DNA of 33,689 bases from a virus (Duplodnaviria; Caudoviricetes), in IMG/VR virus record IMGVR_UViG_3300020045_004785, positions 1-33,689 of that record. The stretch is one strand, 5' to 3'. The position numbers were made by a program, and so were the translations under genes. Every line of letters starts with the position of its first letter. The stretch's first letter is position 1. The notes beneath the pieces were generated by a model. It did no database searches. It was not told where the DNA came from and worked only from the letters and a program-made list of their open reading frames with translations. Below are positions 27,205 through 33,689 of this stretch, piece by piece.

Positions 27205-27215
27205 ATTAAATGTAA

Positions 27216-27533
27216 CTATTTATCAGGTAGATTAAAACACTTTTTAAGTGATAGGTTTATAATTACTTTTTCAATTACCCATGATTCATAAGGCATATCA
27301 TCAAAATACTTCCAGTAATAATCTTTTATTTCGTCTGTATTTAATTCAGTCGTAAATATTGACTTAAATCCTAACTCATAAGAAAGATATTTTAAATGCT
27401 GTCTAAATTCAATTGAAAATAAACCATCCTTTTCTACACAAGAAAAATCAAACCTTTTTCTACCTAATTGTATGTAGTTGTCTTTTTCATAAGAGAAGAT
27501 ATAAAGACCTTCTGTTGATATAATATTTTTCAT
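27216..27533 (-). CDS. Hypothetical protein
   Basis: 105-aa AT-rich ORF with an A-rich leader. Confidence 0.6.
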   Translation of the reverse strand: MKNIISTEGLYIFSYEKDNYIQLGRKRFDFSCVEKDGLFSIEFRQHLKYLSYELGFKSIFTTELNTDEIKDYYWKYFDDMPYESWVIEKVIINLSLKKCFNLPDK

Positions 27534-27596
27534 GGTTTCTTTTTTTTAAGCATCCTATAAGGAATAGCGTTTACTAATTGTACACAATATTGGAAC

Positions 27597-28214
27597 TCAT
27601 AATAAAGTTAGGGTGTTTAGCGTTCTTTCCTTAACCCACTCACCCGAAATAAAGAATCGATTATTAAAGCCGGAATGTTTTAATATGGTCCAGCCATCAG
27701 AATCATTCACATTAAATAAGGTCCTCGAATTTCGTTTAATCTTCACTAACTTATTTTCCTCCATTAACTTCTCTAATTTGGACCCGCTGGAGGCACTTGC
27801 ATAGCCCATTAGATTACTAAACCATCGAACTGAAACAGACTGAGCGGACCCGTTGCGTTTTTTGACGAGTCGCTTTTTACCAGTTTTGTACAGTTGCTTT
27901 ATTATACTTTGGTCCCATGCACAAGCGCAGCAACGGGCCAATAATTCATTAACCGTATTGCCTTGTATGATTATAGGACCTAAGACTTTGTAAGAGGTTA
28001 GACGATACCCATTTCTAGTTTTCCACGCCCAGCCTAATTTTATCATTTTATTAAGGTGATTCATAAAGGTTGAATACTTACCTAGGGACCGAGTGCCGGA
28101 TTTAGGTAAATATCCAGAGCCTTTACAATGTTTAAGGATGCGAAGATAGGTAGCCCAATACTTTAAAGTACCGTTTTTTCTTAGTTCAATAAGCCACTCT
28201 ATATTATGCTTCAT
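27597..28214 (-). CDS. Basic protein with two winged-helix-like segments (regulator or replication initiator)
   Basis: STFMNHLNKMIKLGWAWK and SVRWFSNLMGYASASSGSKLEKLMEENKLVKIKR resemble wHTH recognition helix plus wing. Confidence 0.45.
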   Translation of the reverse strand: MKHNIEWLIELRKNGTLKYWATYLRILKHCKGSGYLPKSGTRSLGKYSTFMNHLNKMIKLGWAWKTRNGYRLTSYKVLGPIIIQGNTVNELLARCCACAWDQSIIKQLYKTGKKRLVKKRNGSAQSVSVRWFSNLMGYASASSGSKLEKLMEENKLVKIKRNSRTLFNVNDSDGWTILKHSGFNNRFFISGEWVKERTLNTLTLL

Positions 28215-28301
28215 ATCCTATGAATGGAAAAGCCCCATTACTGCTTAGGTAGCTGGGGCGAATAATCCAAAATAAAATATTGTTATACTACCTAAGCGAA
28301 G

Positions 28302-28332
28302 CAAAGATAGTCAAACTTTCTGAACCTGCAAA
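28302..28332 (-). promoter_or_regulatory. Leftward promoter TTTG-N19-TATCTTTG
   Basis: -7 element at 28302-28309 and -33 element at 28329-28332. Confidence 0.75.
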
Positions 28333-28406
28333 TAAATTTTAATTGAAATTAAATAGCCTAATTTTCAACGACTTACATTTAAACCGTATTTTATCTGCAT
28401 TAAATA

Positions 28407-28438
28407 TTTGGTTAATTGAAACAAGTGCTTTACATTTG
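28407..28438 (+). promoter_or_regulatory. Rightward early promoter TTTG-N20-TACATTTG
   Basis: Perfect Bacteroidota consensus 23 nt upstream of ATG 28462, divergent from the leftward promoter. Confidence 0.8.
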
Positions 28439-28461
28439 CTGTATAAATAACAAAAACGAAT

Positions 28462-29031
28462 ATGGAAATCCAATTTTTAACGTCCGAACAAGTGCAGGGT
28501 TATTTAGTAACCATGCGGGAGGAACACCGTAAAAACACAGATTATCGAATGCAGAACTATTTTAACTGTGTAGATGATTATTCGTGGGGTGGGATTTGCG
28601 ACCAAGCGCAAGATAGGACTTATAGTAATTTATCCCATGTTCTAAATCTAGTAAAAGAGCAAGAAGAAAATGGTGGATTTTTGACTGAGGTTGTAACTGA
28701 ATTAGAGTTAAGAAATTTGGACGGCTCTGTTGTAAGTAGTAATATTATTAAGGGTAAATTTGGCAATTGCTTTATGTGGGGTACTGAGCAAAACGGTTTT
28801 AGTTTTTGTGGACTTTCTAAAAAGCAAAGCACTTTTGAAAAGAAGGGATATGTGGTGGTTTCAAAGCATTATGAATTGAAGGTTAGATATACTGGCAGGG
28901 TAACGAGAAGCGGCTATGCTGACCGTGTTATTGAGTTGGTGTCAACCTCTGAAACTATTGAAGATAAAATTGACAGTAGCCTTGACAATAAGGGCTATGA
29001 CCTGTATAAAGTAAAATGTATAATTAACTAA
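28462..29031 (+). CDS. Hypothetical early protein
   Basis: 189-aa first gene after the rightward promoter. Confidence 0.75.
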   Translation: MEIQFLTSEQVQGYLVTMREEHRKNTDYRMQNYFNCVDDYSWGGICDQAQDRTYSNLSHVLNLVKEQEENGGFLTEVVTELELRNLDGSVVSSNIIKGKFGNCFMWGTEQNGFSFCGLSKKQSTFEKKGYVVVSKHYELKVRYTGRVTRSGYADRVIELVSTSETIEDKIDSSLDNKGYDLYKVKCIIN

Positions 29032-29040
29032 CAAAAACGA

Positions 29041-29202
29041 ATGGAAGCAAGCAACAAAAAAAAGGCAGGCAGAAAGCCGCTAAAGGACAAGAAGATTACC
29101 TTAACCATCTACCCCCGAATGAGCCAGGTTAAGGCCGCTGGTGGAGTTGAAAAGGCAAAGAAGTTAGCAATGGCAGCGTTGCCAAAAGAAGTGTTTAATT
29201 AG
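29041..29202 (+). CDS. 53-aa basic DNA-binding protein (ribbon-helix-helix-like)
   Basis: Not in the ORF track. MEASNKKKAGRKPLKDKKITLTIYPRMSQVKAAGGVEKAKKLAMAALPKEVFN has a GRKP arm, an alternating strand and helices; same leader as 28462. Confidence 0.65.
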   Translation: MEASNKKKAGRKPLKDKKITLTIYPRMSQVKAAGGVEKAKKLAMAALPKEVFN

Positions 29203-29227
29203 GTCTTAAACTTGTAAAATAAAAACT

Positions 29228-29545
29228 ATGAGCAATTTTAAAGTAGGGGAACGGGTTGTAGCTGTAAGAACTCATTCTCAGCGGTGTTTTGTAAAAGGTC
29301 AATTATTTACAGTACTTGGCGTTAAAACTATACCATGTTGCAAATACCTAGTCGTTGATGTTGGATTAAGAATAAACCATCCATTAATTGAATGCCATAT
29401 TTGCGGTTCATTATGTAGTAACGACAATATGTTTTACCATAAAAACTTTAAACCACTCTCTGACTACCTCTCCTCCTTATCTGAAACTGAATTAAACGAA
29501 ATAGAAAAGACATTCCCTGAAATCAAAATAAAAGAAACAGTATGA
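29228..29545 (+). CDS. Hypothetical zinc-ribbon protein
   Basis: FKVGERVVAV SH3-like start; PCC and CHIC motifs. Confidence 0.7.
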   Translation: MSNFKVGERVVAVRTHSQRCFVKGQLFTVLGVKTIPCCKYLVVDVGLRINHPLIECHICGSLCSNDNMFYHKNFKPLSDYLSSLSETELNEIEKTFPEIKIKETV

Positions 29546-29733
29546 AAGCAACAAAAACAGGATTTATGGCTACACTTTTAGCTGGTGCTTTAGGTGGAGT
29601 AGGATTAGACATGGATGGTGAAAACATTCGTGAAGGTGGAAAATTCCATCCAAAACTTCCCTTAACGCCTAAACAAAAGAAGGCTCGTAAAAGAACTAAG
29701 GCGCAAAAACAAGCACGTAAAAAACAACGATAA
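29542..29733 (+). CDS. Small protein with a highly basic C-terminal tail
   Basis: KQKKARKRTKAQKQARKKQR; ATGA-coupled. Confidence 0.65.
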   Translation: MKATKTGFMATLLAGALGGVGLDMDGENIREGGKFHPKLPLTPKQKKARKRTKAQKQARKKQR

Positions 29734-29737
29734 CCGC

Positions 29738-29947
29738 ATGAACGAACTAGAAGATTTGCTAGATATAGCAGCAGTACATATAGGCCACCCGCTTGGATTC
29801 TATATAGATAAGGGCTGGAAGCATACCCCTAATAATATTCATCTTAGGCACTTTGACGAAATGCCGTTTAAGACGGACTGCTTCGACTCCTTAGATGAAC
29901 TTATCCTTTGCCTACAATTGTTTTGTCATTTAAGCTGTTTAAAATGA
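29738..29947 (+). CDS. Hypothetical protein
   Basis: 69-aa ORF in a tightly packed operon. Confidence 0.6.
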   Translation: MNELEDLLDIAAVHIGHPLGFYIDKGWKHTPNNIHLRHFDEMPFKTDCFDSLDELILCLQLFCHLSCLK

Positions 29948-30207
29948 GAGTAGAACTATTTAACGGGGAATCCGACCTAATAACCATTAACCGAAAAGAT
30001 GTTTTCTTCGTTGGTGAGATTTTTACTGATGGAGAAGATATTGAGTTCAAAGGAAAGTTTTTTGTTGACGATGAGGACGGGAATAAGCACCCTACCGAAA
30101 TAGATGCCGATGGTTACGACTTAGTACAGGCTTTGGATATTGACGTTCAAAGTGCTATTAGTGAATATGGATTTGATATGGAATGTTATAACGCAGATAA
30201 TAATTAA
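29944..30207 (+). CDS. Small, very acidic protein
   Basis: Start ATG 29944 (ATGA overlap) preferred over 29908; 23 D/E versus 6 K/R in 87 aa. Confidence 0.7.
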   Translation: MRVELFNGESDLITINRKDVFFVGEIFTDGEDIEFKGKFFVDDEDGNKHPTEIDADGYDLVQALDIDVQSAISEYGFDMECYNADNN

Positions 30208-30210
30208 ACT

Positions 30211-30897
30211 ATGAAAACATTTGAAACCTTTAAAGAATATTTTGCCGCAAAAAGCAAAGAACAATCAGCTTGCTCAGGCGAATACAAAAAACTTTTAGCT
30301 TCCGAAAATTGGGAGCAAATATTAACCGTGATGAAAAATAATGCTAATTGGTGCTATATTTATAAAGTTATTGATGCTGATATTTTAGAGCAATATATTC
30401 CTGATGAAATTCTTTTAGAGAATGGCATTTATGTAAAGAAAAATAACATCGTTCAAAAAGAGGGATTAGCTGTTTACTATTCATCTACCAGCAAGCATTA
30501 CGATTCATCTACCAGCGAGCATTACGATTCATCTACCAGCAAGCATTACGGTTCATCTACCAGCAAGCATTACGGTTCATCTACCAGCAAGCATTACGAT
30601 TCATCTACCAGCGAGCATTACGATTCATCTACCAGCAAGCATTACGATTCATCTACCAGCGAGCATTACGATTCATCTACCAGCAAGCATTACGATTCAT
30701 CTACCAGCGAGCATTACGATTCATCTACCAGCAAGCATTACGATTCATCTACCAGCAAGCATTACGATTCATCTACCCATGGCTCTGTAAACGTCCTAAA
30801 AGATACCTCAATTATACATGATTCGGCCATTGTACGGGAACGTTCAACGGGTAAAGTTTACTTTAAGAAATCAGCATTTGAAATTGTAGAGATATGA
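30211..30897 (+). CDS. Octapeptide-repeat protein (probable beta-solenoid)
   Basis: Twelve copies of SSTS[K/E]HY[D/G] after a helical N-terminal domain. Confidence 0.8.
   Translation: MKTFETFKEYFAAKSKEQSACSGEYKKLLASENWEQILTVMKNNANWCYIYKVIDADILEQYIPDEILLENGIYVKKNNIVQKEGLAVYYSSTSKHYDSSTSEHYDSSTSKHYGSSTSKHYGSSTSKHYDSSTSEHYDSSTSKHYDSSTSEHYDSSTSKHYDSSTSEHYDSSTSKHYDSSTSKHYDSSTHGSVNVLKDTSIIHDSAIVRERSTGKVYFKKSAFEIVEI
30481..30777 (+). repeat. 24-bp coding tandem repeat, 12 units plus 9 nt
   Basis: Unit TCATCTACCAGC[A/G]AGCATTACG[A/G]T, head to tail with no spacers. Confidence 0.97.
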
Positions 30898-31004
30898 ACC
30901 ACTACGGACGAGGCTTTAACGATAGACCTAACTACTCAGGATTATGGGTAGGCTTGGTAGTAATGTTTATTATATTTGGTTTAATAACAGCGATACTAAA
31001 ATGA
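30894..31004 (+). CDS. 36-aa single-pass membrane peptide
   Basis: MNHYGRGFNDRPNYSGLWVGLVVMFIIFGLITAILK; ATGA overlaps at both ends. Confidence 0.55.
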   Translation: MNHYGRGFNDRPNYSGLWVGLVVMFIIFGLITAILK

Positions 31005-31090
31005 AGATTTTTATAACAGCTTTACTCCAATATTTACTTGCTTATTCAATAATAATTTTATATATTAGAACAGAATTATATGTGCCTTAA
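31001..31090 (+). CDS. 29-aa hydrophobic peptide
   Basis: MKIFITALLQYLLAYSIIILYIRTELYVP; ATGA-coupled and overlaps the next start. Confidence 0.45.
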   Translation: MKIFITALLQYLLAYSIIILYIRTELYVP

Positions 31091-31304
31091 ATCCGACAGA
31101 CTAAACAGATTATCCATCCAAATCTTCAAGGATATTCAACACGTAAACTTTTTAGTTGGTGTTAGAAATTCTTTAGACTTTGCGTATGGTAATGATAAAG
31201 AATACGACCCCGATAAAAACAGGGAATTAGTACAAGGTAAAATAGCTAGGCTTCGTAAGCGAGTAAAGGAAAACGAAGCGAAGGCAAATAAGTTACAAGA
31301 TTAA
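31080..31304 (+). CDS. Hypothetical helical protein
   Basis: 74-aa ORF with a coiled-coil-like C-terminus. Confidence 0.6.
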   Translation: MCLKSDRLNRLSIQIFKDIQHVNFLVGVRNSLDFAYGNDKEYDPDKNRELVQGKIARLRKRVKENEAKANKLQD

Positions 31305-31323
31305 ACAATTAAAAATAAATAAT

Positions 31324-31551
31324 ATGAAAGTTCAATCAGTAACATTTAATTGGCATCAAGCAGGCTCAACAATAGACCGTGATGGTGCTGGAGATAATTG
31401 GGAAAGGGTAACGGTTGGCGATAAGGGTGTAATATTAATTGAAGAAAATGAGCCTCATAATGGAATGCAATTATGGAACTATCTAGTACACAATGAAGAT
31501 GGAACTCATAAAAGAATATTTAACCCAAACATTGTAGAATATTTCGATTAG
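31324..31551 (+). CDS. Hypothetical protein
   Basis: 75-aa ORF with an A-rich leader. Confidence 0.7.
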   Translation: MKVQSVTFNWHQAGSTIDRDGAGDNWERVTVGDKGVILIEENEPHNGMQLWNYLVHNEDGTHKRIFNPNIVEYFD

Positions 31552-31581
31552 TTCTTTACAATTAGGTCAAAGGTAGAAACC

Positions 31582-31616
31582 GGAGGGAGTTTCTCGACAA
31601 ATCTCCCTCCTTCTTT
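31582..31616 (+). terminator. Terminator-like hairpin
   Basis: Perfect 8-bp stem GGAGGGAG/CTCCCTCC followed by TTCTTT. Confidence 0.6.
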
Positions 31617-31635
31617 AAAACGTAAAACAAACAAC

Positions 31636-32178
31636 ATGGAAGCATTAATTAAAATTCAATCAGAACTAAAAGCCCCAAAAGGCCAGTTCAATAACTTTGG
31701 GAAGTACAAATATCGTTCGTGCGAAGATATTTTGGAAGCCCTTAAACCACTTTTAAAAGATAATAAATGCTATGTACTATTAACCGATGAAGTTATCGAA
31801 GTGGCTGGCAGGGTTTACATAAAAGCAACGGCCTCAATCTTTGATGGTAAAACGGAAGTATCTGTTAGTTCACAGGCCCGTGAAGATGAAATTCTAAAAG
31901 GAATGGCGAGTAGCCAAGTAACCGGAGCCGCTTCATCCTATGCCCGTAAATATGCTTTAAATGGTTTGTTTTTAATTGATGACCAAAAGGACGGGGATAA
32001 TCAACAGGGTACTCCCGATAAAGATAATAAGGATTTAACTTTATGGGTAGACTTGGTTAAGGGCTGCGACACGAAAGAGCAACTAGAAAAACTTTACAAC
32101 TCGAATAAGGAAATAATTGGAACTGATACAAATATTCTAAAATTGTTTTCGCAAAGGAAAGGAGAATTAAATGGGTAG
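31636..32178 (+). CDS. erf: ERF-family single-strand annealing protein
   Basis: ELKAPKGQFNNFGKYKYRSCEDILEA and TGAASSYARKYALNGLFLI are ERF signatures. Confidence 0.9.
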   Translation: MEALIKIQSELKAPKGQFNNFGKYKYRSCEDILEALKPLLKDNKCYVLLTDEVIEVAGRVYIKATASIFDGKTEVSVSSQAREDEILKGMASSQVTGAASSYARKYALNGLFLIDDQKDGDNQQGTPDKDNKDLTLWVDLVKGCDTKEQLEKLYNSNKEIIGTDTNILKLFSQRKGELNG

Positions 32179-32830
32179 TTGGTTCCGTTGCTCAAAGATT
32201 GGGGATTTAATGACAGGTAGCCGGGACAAATCCGAGCCACTTGGTGAAACCTGTAAAAGTTATTTGGATGAAATTATTATCCGATTAAAATACGGAGTTG
32301 AAAAAGAATTAGTAAGCAAATATTTAGAGAAGGGCTTATTGTCCGAAACTGATTCTATTGGCCTATTACTTGCTACTGATGGCATTATCTATACAAAGAA
32401 CAAGGAAAGGTTCGACAATGGTATTATAACAGGTGAGCCGGACATTATTCACGAAGATAAGATTATAGACGTTAAAACTTCGTGGGATTTGTTCAGCCAT
32501 ATTAAAAACAAAAAGATTAATCCAAAGTATGAATGGCAAGTTTTGGGCTACATGGAATTAACAGGATGCAGAGAAGCAGCGATTAAACACGTACTGGTTG
32601 ATACTCCTAATACATTGGTAGAAGATGAAATAAGAAGGGCTGGATGGAAGCTAGGAATGATTGAGATACCAGCAGACTTCGAGGCCGAAATGCGACACAA
32701 TATGCAATTTGACCAAGTGCCTTTAGAGGAAAGGGTAATAACATTCGAGGTTAAATATGATGAAGAAAAGATTAGTAAAATGTACGACAAGTTAACATTA
32801 TGCACAGAATATATTGAAAAACAACTATAA
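32171..32830 (+). CDS. Lambda-exonuclease/YqaJ-like PD-(D/E)xK nuclease
   Basis: FRCS, KGLLSE, GEPDII, DVKTSW and YEWQVLGYM motifs; adjacent to ERF. Confidence 0.85.
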   Translation: MGSWFRCSKIGDLMTGSRDKSEPLGETCKSYLDEIIIRLKYGVEKELVSKYLEKGLLSETDSIGLLLATDGIIYTKNKERFDNGIITGEPDIIHEDKIIDVKTSWDLFSHIKNKKINPKYEWQVLGYMELTGCREAAIKHVLVDTPNTLVEDEIRRAGWKLGMIEIPADFEAEMRHNMQFDQVPLEERVITFEVKYDEEKISKMYDKLTLCTEYIEKQL

Positions 32831-32832
32831 TC

Positions 32833-33132
32833 ATGGGAGAATTTAAAGGTAAAATAATCAGCATTGGGAACGAAGAAATCGTTAGTCCAAAGTTTAAGAA
32901 AAGAGAATTTGTTATTGAAGAAACGGAAGGTAAATATCCGAGGACGGTTTGCTTTCAACTTACAAATGATAGGGTGGATTTAATAGACCCGTATCAGATT
33001 AACCAAGTTATTTTAGTAAGCTATAACCTTGAAAGCAAAGAATACAAGGGTAGATGGTTTACAAATGCAACGGCATGGAAAATAGAAAAGCAGCACTACA
33101 ATAACGTAGGAAATCAAAAGCCGCCATTTTAA
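32833..33132 (+). CDS. DUF3127 OB-fold protein (probable SSB)
   Basis: FKKREFVIE...KYP...FQL...NLESKEYKGRWFTN..AWKI and a C-terminal PF. Confidence 0.85.
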   Translation: MGEFKGKIISIGNEEIVSPKFKKREFVIEETEGKYPRTVCFQLTNDRVDLIDPYQINQVILVSYNLESKEYKGRWFTNATAWKIEKQHYNNVGNQKPPF

Positions 33133-33317
33133 TGAAATGCCTTCAACTAAATATAGGTGGAATTAAGTACTTCGTTACTGTTACGGATTTATTTGTTACA
33201 CTTAAATCAATTAGTATGAATAGCGATGTAATTTATAACGAACCATTTGAGGGTGATAAGCATAAGTTCAATATGAGGGATGCTAGGAAATTTATTAACC
33301 GTTCTTTTGAAAAATGA
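33132..33317 (+). CDS. Hypothetical protein
   Basis: 61 aa, coupled on both sides (TAATG and ATGA). Confidence 0.6.
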   Translation: MKCLQLNIGGIKYFVTVTDLFVTLKSISMNSDVIYNEPFEGDKHKFNMRDARKFINRSFEK

Positions 33318-33562
33318 AAGCCTATACAAAAACATATCTCGACTTTTTTGGCTATTCAATAGCTGATTTTGTACCGTGTGAAATATGTTCTAATCGCTGT
33401 ATTGATATTCACCATATCCTTACACGTAAAAAGAGGCCGGATTTAATTAATGAAATATCAAACCTAATGGGATTATGTAGAGAATGCCATGAGAAATTTG
33501 GAGATAAGAAACAGTATTTAGAATTTTTGCAGGAAATTCATAATAAAAAACTAGGCGTATGA
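33314..33562 (+). CDS. Small HNH endonuclease
   Basis: CEIC...DIHHI...NLMGLCRECH motif. Confidence 0.8.
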   Translation: MKAYTKTYLDFFGYSIADFVPCEICSNRCIDIHHILTRKKRPDLINEISNLMGLCRECHEKFGDKKQYLEFLQEIHNKKLGV

Positions 33563-33689
33563 ACACAATCGATGCATTGATATTAGTTATTCAAGAGTTA
33601 GAGGTAGGTAGATACTATGCCTATCAAACAAAGAGTGATTTAAAATACGCCTGTTCTTTAAAAAACGGACATTACCCAAGACAGGTTGA
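33559..33689 (+). CDS. Hypothetical protein, runs off the right edge
   Basis: ATGA-coupled start MNTIDALILV..., open to the window end. Confidence 0.5.
   Translation, partial: MNTIDALILVIQELEVGRYYAYQTKSDLKYACSLKNGHYPRQV

Noticed and set aside
30481-30777. CRISPR array
   Set aside because: Units are contiguous with no unique spacers, the period is a multiple of 3 inside an ORF, and no cas genes are present.
30481-30777. Diversity-generating retroelement suggested by A/G-only variation
   Set aside because: No reverse transcriptase or separate template/variable repeat pair is visible; two recurring alleles are better explained by slippage.
30971-30978. TATATTTG on the plus strand
   Set aside because: Lies inside a likely coding micro-ORF and has no properly spaced -33 element.
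1-33689. Stop-codon reassignment, as in some Bacteroidota phages
   Set aside because: Genes are full length and densely packed under the standard code; TAA, TGA and TAG all end genes at sensible junctions.

Overview
A fragment of an AT-rich tailed dsDNA phage or prophage with a long tape-measure gene, probably infecting Bacteroidota. The host call rests on repeated TTTG-N19/20-TAnnTTTG promoters, A-rich leaders without Shine-Dalgarno sites and a DUF3127-type protein. The minus arm (1-28214) carries, in transcription order: a tandem winged-helix-like gene, an 11-gene glycan cluster (Gmd, a shortened DegT-type aminotransferase, three methyltransferases, a cupin and five glycosyltransferase-like ORFs), a ParB-DNA methyltransferase, both terminase subunits, neck/tail-completion genes, a tail chaperone with a probable -1 frameshift, tape measure, tail-tip/fibre genes, a head-morphogenesis protein, a tail tube candidate, one more glycosyltransferase, portal and scaffold. 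The plus arm (28462-end) carries small early genes, a 24-bp tandem-repeat gene and an ERF/exonuclease/SSB/HNH recombination module. The best candidate for a new system is a phage-encoded glycan pathway tied to the virion genes, possibly for virion glycosylation. All calls come from reading motifs by eye; no database search was run.
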